Shown here piece after piece: positions 1-8,852 of a stretch of DNA of 32,000 nucleotides; position 1 is the first letter of the stretch, and each line of letters starts with the position of its first letter. Below the pieces are notes generated by a model. It was not told where the DNA came from. It worked only from the letters and a program-made list of their open reading frames with translations, and searched no databases. The translations under genes and the position numbers were made by a program. The DNA is taken from the NCBI RefSeq assembly GCF_000017845.1, contig NC_010546.1:150001-182000 (forward strand), read 5' to 3'. The DNA is from Crocosphaera subtropica ATCC 51142 (lineage in GTDB: Bacteria; Cyanobacteriota; Cyanobacteriia; Cyanobacteriales; Microcystaceae).

Positions 1-79
1 AACCCTAGCTTGAGTATGAAGACATTTTTTTTGTAATTGAAAAGAAAAGGCCATATTTTAGTTATTAGTTATGTCCTCA

Positions 80-880
80 TCAATTATCAATTATTTTGAC
101 CTCATCTCCAACTTTTACATGAGTTTCTTGTTGTAAATTGGTAACTTTTGTATTCACACTTACCCGATAAAAATGATTAAATTGACTCCTATTGACCCAA
201 GGGGGTAAAGTTTCTTTTCTTTTTGTTATAAATTGTTGTTGAAAGTTCTCAGTTTTTTCTCCTGTATAAGAGTTCTTTGTGGGAACAATACATCTTTGAC
301 AAGGGTTGATTCCTTGAAAATTGACATCTCCAATGCGAAAATTAATCCATTGATTTTTATTAGCAAAGAGTTGATCTTCCCAGAAAGCAGAAACACCATT
401 AATTTCTAAATTGGCTCTAAATCTTCTCCTTATTTCTTCTACCGTTAGATGAGGAAACCACTGAGCAATCGTTGATAAAGTTGCTTGACTAATAATTGTC
501 GGTCCAGAAGCATCAGTATCATCAGGAAAGCCAGTTTTTCTATTTTCTTTTAAATAAACGAAACACCCAAAATAATCATTTAAAAAAGATTCTATTTGTT
601 TTTTTTGTTCTGTTAAGTCAAAGGTTTGACTGACATTATTATCTCCATATTTTAAGGTAACTTGACTTAAGCTATCATCATAAGTTGCTCTGAGTTGATA
701 AATCTTGTTATTTCTTTTACCATTAATCAAGCTCTGATTTTTGTCAAAAATTGCCCATTGTCTGTCCTGTTTTAATGCACCACTTTTAAGAAGCGTTCCT
801 AAAGAAATTGATACCCCATCTAAAGATTTAATGGGATAAACAATAATTTTACTAAGACAAGGCTTTTGATTGATATTCAT
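80..880 (-). CDS. MOSC domain-containing protein (MOSC_N beta-barrel + MOSC)
   Basis: 266-aa ORF. The N-terminal 'IIVYPIKSLDG' is typical of MOSC_N. The C-terminal 'NPCQRCIVPT' contains the conserved MOSC cysteine. Confidence 0.85.
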   Translation of the reverse strand: MNINQKPCLSKIIVYPIKSLDGVSISLGTLLKSGALKQDRQWAIFDKNQSLINGKRNNKIYQLRATYDDSLSQVTLKYGDNNVSQTFDLTEQKKQIESFLNDYFGCFVYLKENRKTGFPDDTDASGPTIISQATLSTIAQWFPHLTVEEIRRRFRANLEINGVSAFWEDQLFANKNQWINFRIGDVNFQGINPCQRCIVPTKNSYTGEKTENFQQQFITKRKETLPPWVNRSQFNHFYRVSVNTKVTNLQQETHVKVGDEVKIIDN

Positions 881-1191
881 CTCTCTATTAATTAATATGA
901 AAAGTGTATAACTTTAGTTTATCAATACAAAAATTTCTCCCTCTGCTCCCCCTGCTTATTTTAACGGATTAACTCAGTAGTATTCTCTTAACCCTGAGTT
1001 TGCCACCCCACTAAACAAATCGCTGTCATTAGACTTAAGATAGGTAAAATTATCCAGGGCTTTATTTTGTATCTTTTCATGACAATTATTTCTAACGGTT
1101 TATGAATTTCCTGTAACCTTATGATAACAGTAAGCCCATACTGGGGAATAATAAGAATGTTAACAGCAGTAAGAAAGATATTGTAAAAACA

Positions 1192-1965
1192 ATGAATTTA
1201 ATTAGAATCTGGATCATTGCTAGTAATGGGTTTCGAGAAGTTATCCGCGATCGCATTCTTTATGTTATTGGATTTTTTGCCGTTGTTTTAGCCCTATCTT
1301 TGCGCTTACTTCCTGAAATTTCTGTAGGAGCAGATGGTAAAATTTTTCTGGATGTTGGCTTAGGACTCACTTCCTTTTTAGGAGCGATCGTTGCTATTTT
1401 TGTTGGAACAGCTTTAATTAATAAAGAAATTGAAAAACGAACCGTTTTGATTTTAATCCCTAAACCCATTAGTCGCGCTGAATTAATAGTTGGTAAACAT
1501 CTAGGTTTATGTGGTGTTCTTGCGGTTGTTATTACTATTATGACCGTGCTTTATTTAGGGGCATTAACTTGGGCTAATATTACGTTTTCTCCTGTTAGTC
1601 TAATCGTTTCCCAATTTTATCTCTTATTAGAATTAGCCGTATTAACGGCTGTTGCCATTACCTTTGGCGTGTTTACCAGTTCAATTTTAGCTACCCTACT
1701 TAGTTTTGGGATTTATATCATTGGACATCTCAGTAATGACTTACTAGAACTAGCAAAATTAAGTAAAAATCCCAGTATCACCGCTTTGACAGAAAGTATC
1801 TATTTGGTAGTCCCCAACCTAGAAAGATTTAACCTTAAAAATACAGCCGTTTATGGGATTCTTCCGAGTAGTTCAGAATTATTAATTAATCTCGTTTATG
1901 GCATCGTTTATATTGTCTTATTGTTGACAGTTTCTAGCTTTATTTTTTCCCGCCGACAATTCTAA
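1192..1965 (+). CDS. ABC-2 type transporter permease (NosY/COG1277-like)
   Basis: 257-aa polytopic membrane ORF with about 6 hydrophobic segments. It has the 'EIEKRTVLILIPKPISRAELIVGKH' loop motif typical of ABC-2 permeases. No ATPase partner lies in the window. Confidence 0.7.
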   Translation: MNLIRIWIIASNGFREVIRDRILYVIGFFAVVLALSLRLLPEISVGADGKIFLDVGLGLTSFLGAIVAIFVGTALINKEIEKRTVLILIPKPISRAELIVGKHLGLCGVLAVVITIMTVLYLGALTWANITFSPVSLIVSQFYLLLELAVLTAVAITFGVFTSSILATLLSFGIYIIGHLSNDLLELAKLSKNPSITALTESIYLVVPNLERFNLKNTAVYGILPSSSELLINLVYGIVYIVLLLTVSSFIFSRRQF

Positions 1966-2054
1966 GAAATCAGTGAAGAGACATCCCTTAATTATATTAA
2001 CAATGGGCATGGGATGTTCTCTTGATTCAACCGTTTTCGTCAATCATCTCCCAC

Positions 2055-2114
2055 AAGTAAATTTACCTCTATAATTAGATAGAAGTAAATTTACCTGTAT
2101 AATTAGGTAGAAGT
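2055..2114 (+). repeat. Tandem 28-bp direct repeat (2 units + 4 nt), each unit carrying a TATAAT box
   Basis: Unit 2055-2082 is aagtaaatttacctctataattagatag and unit 2083-2110 is aagtaaatttacctgtataattaggtag (26/28 identical), followed by aagt. The second unit has an extended -10 (TGTATAAT). Confidence 0.85.
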
Positions 2115-2387
2115 CGGTTATGAAAACTAACGAGTCGGTCATTAATTAACATCTCTGTGTTAAACACTATTACAAACATTCAAAACTTTTTACGACTTCC
2201 TACCCTTTTAAGCTGTTGTGCATTTAGAGGGGGTATTTAAAGTTTTAGGACAAAAGCTTAAACGCTTTCTCCCTACTACCTTTACTCCCAGTTCCCATGC
2301 AGTACCAACTAGCAATTTAATTGATTAACAGCTTCCCTCACAGTTAACTGTAAAATTGTCCGACTATTAAATAAAGTAACAATACTC

Positions 2388-3749
2388 ATGAAGACTTTGA
2401 CAAGTCAATATTCAGAGAGTTTCCAGCAAGAGACGAAAATGGCTAAATCCATATACTATCAAAATTGGTCACATAAACTGATCAGGCACATTTATTGTCT
2501 ATTAAACTCTGATGTTGATCCTAACGAAAAAATTGCGAAAATTTTAGCTCTTACGGGGGAAGCATACCATATCGATAATCTTGTTTTGTTAAGAATAGAA
2601 TCATCACTGTGCCAAATTTACCATACTTGGGGAGTGAGGGATAAAAATTGGCTTGAAACTTTTATTGAGCAGCACTGGTTTCCCTTAATTAATTGTAGAC
2701 AAGAACACCCAGTTTATCAATTTTGTCAAGGGACAGGGATGTCAACGGAGTCTTGGGAAATTGCTTCCTACAAAAAAAATCAACACAAGTATCAATTGAA
2801 TTGTTGTATTTTAAGTCTTCCTTTATATCTAAGTGAACATTTTTTTGGCTATTTAATTTTACAAACAGAACAATCTGAGAGAAGTTTTAACCCTGAAGAA
2901 ATAGAGAATTTAGAACTTATTACCCACCAAATTGCCATCGCAATTAAGCAAGTTCAGTGGCTAGAAAGAATCAATAAAATTGAATTAGAAAATAAAAAAT
3001 TAAAGTTGTCAAGTCATAATAAAAGTGATTATTTTTCTCATGTTAGTCATGAATTAAGAACTCCCCTAGCTGGAATTTTAGGGTTTTCTAAAATGTTAAG
3101 AGAAGAGATTTACGGAACTTTAAATGAAAAACAAAAACAATACGTTAATGGCATAAGAGTATCAGGAGAACACTTATTAGCCTTAGTTAACGACTTTTTG
3201 GATCTTTCAAAAATTGAAGCAAATAAAGAAGAATTATTTTTAGAAACCGTTGCAGTTGAAGATATTTGTTTGGCTGCTATATCCATAGTTCAACCCAAAG
3301 CCAATGAGCAAAACTTAGACCTTATTTTAAACTTAAGTGAGCAAGTAGATTTTTGTACTGTTGATCAAAGAAAAATCAAACAAATCCTGATTAATCTACT
3401 TTCCAATGCTATTAAATTTACAGAAAAAGGTTCAGTCACTCTGCAAGTCAAAAAAATTGAAAGTCTACTTACGTTTTGTGTCATTGATACAGGAATTGGG
3501 ATAAAAGAAGAAGATCAACAGAAATTGTTTCAACCCTTCCAACAAATTCATAGTAACCTCAATCGCAAACATAAAGGGACAGGGTTAGGGTTAGCTTTGT
3601 CACGAAAACTTGCTCAACTGCATCAAGGAAATCTGACTTTAACATCAGAATATGGCAAAGGGAGTTGTTTTACCTTAGAATTACCCCTTGAAGGCGTTAG
3701 AAGTTGTTTACTAAGTCCCGACACTATGGCACAGAAGTTAAATTTATAG
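2388..3749 (+). CDS. GAF-domain sensor histidine kinase
   Basis: 453-aa ORF with an H-box 'FSHVSHELRTPL', an N-box 'LINLLSNAIKFT', and G-boxes 'DTGIGI' and 'GTGLGLALS'. The N-terminal ~190 aa are GAF-like. Confidence 0.9.
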   Translation: MKTLTSQYSESFQQETKMAKSIYYQNWSHKLIRHIYCLLNSDVDPNEKIAKILALTGEAYHIDNLVLLRIESSLCQIYHTWGVRDKNWLETFIEQHWFPLINCRQEHPVYQFCQGTGMSTESWEIASYKKNQHKYQLNCCILSLPLYLSEHFFGYLILQTEQSERSFNPEEIENLELITHQIAIAIKQVQWLERINKIELENKKLKLSSHNKSDYFSHVSHELRTPLAGILGFSKMLREEIYGTLNEKQKQYVNGIRVSGEHLLALVNDFLDLSKIEANKEELFLETVAVEDICLAAISIVQPKANEQNLDLILNLSEQVDFCTVDQRKIKQILINLLSNAIKFTEKGSVTLQVKKIESLLTFCVIDTGIGIKEEDQQKLFQPFQQIHSNLNRKHKGTGLGLALSRKLAQLHQGNLTLTSEYGKGSCFTLELPLEGVRSCLLSPDTMAQKLNL

Positions 3750-4023
3750 TTGCGGACTCTAACTCTTAAATAAAATTGAGTGGATGTATTATTAGCTTTT
3801 AACAAAACCATATATTAAGAAATGCAACATTTCTGTGATGTAACTTTACAGAAATAGCTGGATTTTTGATGATAAAGTCTAAACTTTCCGCATAAATACG
3901 ACTTTATTTGATGGTTGGAGTTAATGATTCGGGATAAATAACATCGTCATTGTAAAGAATAAAATATATCTTGTAGTTTATAAATAACTATAATCACCTT
4001 TTAAAACACAAATTTAAACCCTT

Positions 4024-5208
4024 ATGCAACGACCTTTTAATCCATTTAATGTGATAGAAAGAATGTCAAGTTTTAATTACACTGGACAGTTAATTATCAC
4101 AAGAGAGGATATTACTTGGACAATCGATTTAGAAAGACAAAACTTAAAATACGCTTCTCATTCTTTACAATCTATTGAAACTCTAGAACTATGTTTATAT
4201 ACTCTAGGATATGGAGAAAAAACTCCGACAATTCTAAAAAAAATAAATCAGTCTGGTTTCACTGAAGAAAAAGGGAAAAACTTTATCCAAAGAGCAACCG
4301 ATTGGCTCATTCAAGAAGAAAATTTAAGTTTATCTCAACAAATCAACTTTATCAATCAACTGACTCAAGATGCTTTAGAATCATTTTTTGAGATCACAAC
4401 CTTTAGTTATTATGAGTGTGAAGAGAAAAGTTATTTTTTTCCTTCAGAACAAGGCTTTAAGGTAAAAGATATCTTGAATTTTTGGCGTACTAAACAACAA
4501 ACTTGGCAGTCATTTAACTCCGTTATCATATCACCCCACCAATGTATAAATTTGACTGAATTACCCAACCTACTCCACAGTCAATCTAGTCATTTACTGA
4601 CAAAACTTGCTCACCAACAAGGTAAGGTTAGTCTCAGACAACTCAGTATTTTATTAAAGTTGGAAGACTGGGAAGTAGCAGAATTAATTTACCCTCATTT
4701 ACAATCAGGCATTCTGCAACTGGATTCTCCATTACCTCCATTTAACCAACTTCCTCCTTTTACCTTATCCTATCAGTCTCTTAAGGTGAATAAGCCTAGT
4801 AATCAAATTGTTAAAACTGAAGGAATTAGGCATAGTCATGAATGTAAAAATATCGTTTGTATTGATAATGATAACAGTAGATTGAATACAATAAGAAAAT
4901 ACTTTAATTCAGAAAATACCAATCTTTATCTAGTTTCTGAACCGCATCTTGCTCTTGAGCAGTTGTTTACAATCAAACCTGATTTACTATTGGTTGATAC
5001 AAATACCTCAGGAATAAACGGGTATCAATTCTCTAAAATTATTAAAAAAAGTAGTGCTTTTCAACACCTACCCATTATTATGATGAGTGCTGAGGAAGAG
5101 AAAATAACAGCAGCCCAAATAGAAGAAAATGTTGTCAATGATTTTTTGTCTAAGCATTGTAGTGAAAGTGAGTTAATCAGAGTAATTAAAAAATATCTCG
5201 AACTATAA
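4024..5208 (+). CDS. PatA-subfamily response regulator (N-terminal PATAN/DUF4388-like domain + C-terminal receiver)
   Basis: 394-aa ORF. The C-terminal REC domain shows 'IVCIDNDN...DLLLVDTNTSGINGY...PIIMMSA...FLSK'. The receiver-at-C-terminus architecture is typical of cyanobacterial PatA-type regulators. Confidence 0.7.
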   Translation: MQRPFNPFNVIERMSSFNYTGQLIITREDITWTIDLERQNLKYASHSLQSIETLELCLYTLGYGEKTPTILKKINQSGFTEEKGKNFIQRATDWLIQEENLSLSQQINFINQLTQDALESFFEITTFSYYECEEKSYFFPSEQGFKVKDILNFWRTKQQTWQSFNSVIISPHQCINLTELPNLLHSQSSHLLTKLAHQQGKVSLRQLSILLKLEDWEVAELIYPHLQSGILQLDSPLPPFNQLPPFTLSYQSLKVNKPSNQIVKTEGIRHSHECKNIVCIDNDNSRLNTIRKYFNSENTNLYLVSEPHLALEQLFTIKPDLLLVDTNTSGINGYQFSKIIKKSSAFQHLPIIMMSAEEEKITAAQIEENVVNDFLSKHCSESELIRVIKKYLEL

Positions 5209-5328
5209 GAATTATGGTTTCAACAGCAAACTTTTAATGTCATCTTTTTATGCCATCATTAGCCGATGGATTATTACTCTATTTGGTAAAATAATAGTAC
5301 GAGCTTATAAAGATTATCTGAAAATAAA

Positions 5329-6159
5329 ATGCTGACGGATAAATTAAACCAATTAAAAACAATATTTGTAGAAATGGAGAGGGCATTAATTGCCTATTCG
5401 GGAGGAATTGATAGTACCTTAGTAGCTAAAGTCGCCTATGATGTTTTAGGCGATCGCTCATTAGCTGTTACGGCGGTTTCCCCATCCTTACTCCCAGAAG
5501 AATTAGAAGACGCAAAAATCCAAGCAGCTACGATTGGTATTCCCCATGAGTTGGTCAATACCCAGGAAATGAATAACCCCAACTACACATCTAACCCTGT
5601 TAACCGTTGTTATTTTTGTAAAAGTGAACTCCATGACACCCTTAAACCCTTAGCCTTGAAACGGGGTTATCCCTATGTTGTGGATGGGGTTAACGCTGAC
5701 GACTTACGAGACTATCGGCCTGGGATTCAAGCAGCCAAAGAAAGAGGTGCGCGATCGCCCTTAGCAGAAGTCGGTATAACGAAATTAGAAGTCCGTCAAC
5801 TGTCCCAAGGGTTAGGGTTACCCTGGTGGGATAAACCCGCCCAACCTTGCTTAAGTTCTCGTTTTCCCTATGGTGAAGAGATTACCATCGAGAAGTTGCA
5901 ACGAGTGGGACGGGCTGAAATTTATCTGAGAAACTTAGGCTATCATAACTTACGGGTTCGATCCCAAGGAGAGACAGCAAGAATCGAGTTACCCCCTGAA
6001 AAAATTAAAGAGTTTGTGGCCACCACAGATTTAGAGAAATTGGTGACTAAATTACAAGAATTAGGGTTTATCTATGTCACTCTCGATTTAGAAGGATATC
6101 GCAGTGGTAAATTAAATCAGGAGATTTTAGGACAAGGTGTGGCAAACACGCTAAGCTAA
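5329..6159 (+). CDS. larE: PP-loop ATP-utilising enzyme, LarE-type sulfur transferase family (TIGR00268-like)
   Basis: 276-aa ORF with the PP-loop 'AYSGGIDST' and the conserved 'PCLSSRFPYG' cysteine motif. Confidence 0.75.
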   Translation: MLTDKLNQLKTIFVEMERALIAYSGGIDSTLVAKVAYDVLGDRSLAVTAVSPSLLPEELEDAKIQAATIGIPHELVNTQEMNNPNYTSNPVNRCYFCKSELHDTLKPLALKRGYPYVVDGVNADDLRDYRPGIQAAKERGARSPLAEVGITKLEVRQLSQGLGLPWWDKPAQPCLSSRFPYGEEITIEKLQRVGRAEIYLRNLGYHNLRVRSQGETARIELPPEKIKEFVATTDLEKLVTKLQELGFIYVTLDLEGYRSGKLNQEILGQGVANTLS

Positions 6160-6191
6160 CGAATAATTACCGGTCATAAACGAATCCCATT

Positions 6192-7094
6192 ATGACAAAA
6201 CGGGCCCTTCTTTTAGTTAACCGTCACTCCCGCAGAGGTCAACACAGTTTTGCCCAAGCGGTGGATATTCTCAATGATTTGGGTTTTGAATTGATTATTG
6301 TCCCCATTCAATCCTCTGAACAATTACCCCAACTGGTACGACAACATGGCCCTAAAGTTGATCTGGTCATTGTGGGGGGAGGAGACGGAACCCTTAACGG
6401 GGTAGTCGATAGTTTAATGGATATGAACCTTCCTTTAGGGATTTTACCCCTAGGAACAGCCAATGATTTAGCCCGTACCCTGAAAATTCCTTTTGGTATT
6501 CCTCAAGCTTGTCGAGTCATTGCAGAGGGACAACTTAAATATATCGATCTCGGTTGGGTCAATGGGAAACACTTTTTTAATGTAGCCAGTTTAGGCTTAA
6601 GTGTGGATATTACAGAAAAATTATCGAAAGGGGCCAAACGTCGTTGGGGGGTTCTCGCTTATGCGATGACAGCTTTACAAGTGATGAGTCAAACTCGTCC
6701 TTTTCACGCCCATATTGTCATGAATGGGGAAAGAATTGATGTAAAAACTATCCAAATTGCTGTGGGAAATGGACGGTTTTATGGAGGAGGAATGGCCGTG
6801 GCCGAAGATGCGACCATTGACGATCAAAGATTAGATTTATATAGTTTAGAATTACAATACTGGTGGCAAATTTTTCCTCTTTTATGGCGACTTCCCCAGG
6901 GACAACATGGTTATTTACCTTGGGTGAGAACCTTAGAAGGAGAGTATATAGAAATTTATACCCGCAAGTCTCAAGATATTAATACCGATGGAGAGATTGT
7001 CACAGCCACTCCTGCGGTTTTTCGTGTTATTCCCCAAAGTTTAGGGGTTTTTGTGCCAAGAAATTCCTTAATTACTTTAGACCCAAATATTTAA
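6192..7094 (+). CDS. YegS/DAGK-family lipid kinase
   Basis: 300-aa ORF with the diacylglycerol-kinase catalytic motif 'VIVGGGDGTLN' and 'PLGTANDLAR'. Confidence 0.85.
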   Translation: MTKRALLLVNRHSRRGQHSFAQAVDILNDLGFELIIVPIQSSEQLPQLVRQHGPKVDLVIVGGGDGTLNGVVDSLMDMNLPLGILPLGTANDLARTLKIPFGIPQACRVIAEGQLKYIDLGWVNGKHFFNVASLGLSVDITEKLSKGAKRRWGVLAYAMTALQVMSQTRPFHAHIVMNGERIDVKTIQIAVGNGRFYGGGMAVAEDATIDDQRLDLYSLELQYWWQIFPLLWRLPQGQHGYLPWVRTLEGEYIEIYTRKSQDINTDGEIVTATPAVFRVIPQSLGVFVPRNSLITLDPNI

Positions 7095-7116
7095 AAAAAA
7101 CGCCCTAACTAGGGCG
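7093..7116 (-). terminator. Rho-independent terminator downstream of cp12, sitting between convergent genes
   Basis: Stem cgcccta (7101-7107), loop ac, stem tagggcg (7110-7116). On the minus strand it is followed by a U8 tract (plus-strand A8 at 7093-7100). Confidence 0.7.
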
Positions 7117-7159
7117 ATCTTACTAGATAATTGAGGAGAATTGAGTTAGGGATTATGAA

Positions 7160-7378
7160 TTATACATCATAAATTCTGCATTCTTTTGCGTCGGGATTGT
7201 CTTGACAATATTGTTGGAAGTTTGTAGTCTGTTTTTGATGAGACGCTTCGGCAAACAGTTCTTCCACTTCGTCCCATGCTTCGGCTGCTTGTGTCGTATT
7301 GCCTTCAGCCGATAGTCTCCGAGCTTCTTTGATAGCTTCGTCGATACGTTCTTGTAGTCCAGTGTTTGTAGTGGTCAT
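7160..7378 (-). CDS. cp12: CP12 (Calvin-cycle GAPDH/PRK regulator), variant with only the C-terminal Cys pair
   Basis: It has 'AWDEVEEL' and the C-terminal 'YCQDNPDAKECRIYDV' signature. The ORF track starts at 7405, but the internal ATG at 7378 (MTTTNTG...) gives a canonical-length protein. Confidence 0.9.
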   Translation of the reverse strand: MTTTNTGLQERIDEAIKEARRLSAEGNTTQAAEAWDEVEELFAEASHQKQTTNFQQYCQDNPDAKECRIYDV

Positions 7379-7693
7379 AATCTTTTGTTGTTCACACCAA
7401 TTCAATTAACTTACTTTTAGGTTAACGTGGACAAATCGGATCTCACCTCGCTTAACTGGTTCACCCAGTTGGGTGAAGATGTCAATTACAGTAGTGGACT
7501 ATTTCTACTAATTTAGTGCATGAAATTTGACTGTTTAAAATGATAGTGATTCTTTTAATTAGTAACTAAAATGGTGGGTTACAACGAATTTTTATATTTC
7601 TGTGATAACCTAAATTATAGCCGTCTGATCCACCCTACTGTAATATTAATGGTAAAATAATAATGCTCCTGTGAAACAAAATAAAGAGTAATT

Positions 7694-8500
7694 ATGTTCC
7701 AAATTCTCACAGGTTTCGGTTTTCTTTCAGGAATGAGTTATCCCTTTCGTTTATTAGGACTGTTTAAATCTAATCCTGGTCTGTTATCCTATATTATTGT
7801 TCCTATTTTAGTTAATATTGTTATTGGTACTTTTCTTTACATTGGTTTATTTTTGTTTGGTTGGCAAGTTACCCAACTTTTAACAGATAGTATCATTAAC
7901 CGTCTTGATCTTTTATTAGCTGATCTTCCGACTTGGTTGAATAGTTTAGATTATGTTGTTATTTTTTTAGGTTGGTTAATTAGAATTATTTTGAGTTTAC
8001 TGTTATTAATTTTAACAGGGTTTATTTTAGTTCAATTTGGGGTCTTATTAGCTGCGCCTTGGTATGGTAATCTATCAGAGAAAATAGAAAAAATTAGAAC
8101 TGATAAAGTAGAAATTATAGAAGTGGGAATGGTTCGAGATATTTGGCGAGCAATTTTATTTGAACTAAAAAAAATAGTTTTAATTTTAGCTTGTGGTGTC
8201 TTAATCTTTTTCTTGAGTTTTCTTCCTATTATTGGGGCTATTATTTCTACGGTAGGTGGTATTACCGTCACAGGAACGATTATTTGTTTAGACTTTTTTG
8301 ATGGTGCATTAGAAAGAAGACGACTAAACTTTAGAAAAAAAGTTAACCTCGTGTGGAAATGTTTTCCAGCAAGTGCAGGGTTTGCTTTAATCTGTTTATT
8401 ATTAATTGGTATCCCTTTTGTTAACTTAATTACCATTCCTTTTTGTGTGGGAAGTGGAACCTTATTTGTTTGCGATCGCATTCTCCCCAAGTATTTATAA
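7694..8500 (+). CDS. EI24/CysZ-family (DUF540-like) integral membrane protein
   Basis: 268-aa polytopic ORF. The N-terminal 'GLLSYIIVPILVNIVIG' resembles the CysZ/EI24 signature. Confidence 0.55.
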   Translation: MFQILTGFGFLSGMSYPFRLLGLFKSNPGLLSYIIVPILVNIVIGTFLYIGLFLFGWQVTQLLTDSIINRLDLLLADLPTWLNSLDYVVIFLGWLIRIILSLLLLILTGFILVQFGVLLAAPWYGNLSEKIEKIRTDKVEIIEVGMVRDIWRAILFELKKIVLILACGVLIFFLSFLPIIGAIISTVGGITVTGTIICLDFFDGALERRRLNFRKKVNLVWKCFPASAGFALICLLLIGIPFVNLITIPFCVGSGTLFVCDRILPKYL

Positions 8501-8525
8501 TAGTATTAATTCTATGAATTGAACC

Positions 8526-8843
8526 ATGATTAAATTTAATACAAAAATTCGTCAAAAAATTGTTCCTGATCTTGTGACTTATTTAAGCAAGTTTGAAGAA
8601 ATTACAGAATTTTTACACCATAAAAGTACAAAAACCTTAATGTGGAATCCTATTGATAAAGATAGTCATCACTTGTACGATCATAATAATCAAATTTGTA
8701 TCGGGGATCATTCTGGGGAAGCGATCACTTTAGAAATTGTTAACCGTATTTTTAAACAATTATTATCAATATTTAGAGAAGTTTCTGAGCAATTAAAACA
8801 ACTTCAAACCTTTAAGTTTGCTGATTACATTAGAGTTACTTAA
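8526..8843 (+). CDS. Hypothetical protein (105 aa)
   Basis: Intact ORF on the same strand, ending 9 nt before the next gene. I recognise no motif. Confidence 0.45.
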   Translation: MIKFNTKIRQKIVPDLVTYLSKFEEITEFLHHKSTKTLMWNPIDKDSHHLYDHNNQICIGDHSGEAITLEIVNRIFKQLLSIFREVSEQLKQLQTFKFADYIRVT

Positions 8844-8852
8844 GAAAAAATC

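Noticed and set aside
935-960. A C-rich motif (ctgctccccc) shared between 935-960 and 22366-22385, considered as a possible dispersed repeat.
   Set aside because: Only about 9-10 nt are shared. That is too short to distinguish from chance without a genome-wide count.
1260-1469. Short antisense or embedded ORFs from the track: 1260-1469, 3623-3811, 10832-11202, 12933-13118, 14642-14827, 19013-19270, 19734-19934 and 28678-28863.
   Set aside because: Each lies wholly within a longer ORF that has clear family motifs on the other strand or frame. None has recognisable motifs or translation signals.
5954-5965. GGGTTCGATCCC, resembling a tRNA T-arm.
   Set aside because: It lies inside the LarE-like CDS. 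No acceptor, D or anticodon arms can be built around it.
8032-8490. 152-aa minus-strand ORF inside the EI24/CysZ-like gene.
   Set aside because: It is a Lys/Ile-rich low-complexity antisense translation of a hydrophobic membrane gene. The sense ORF has the recognisable family motif.
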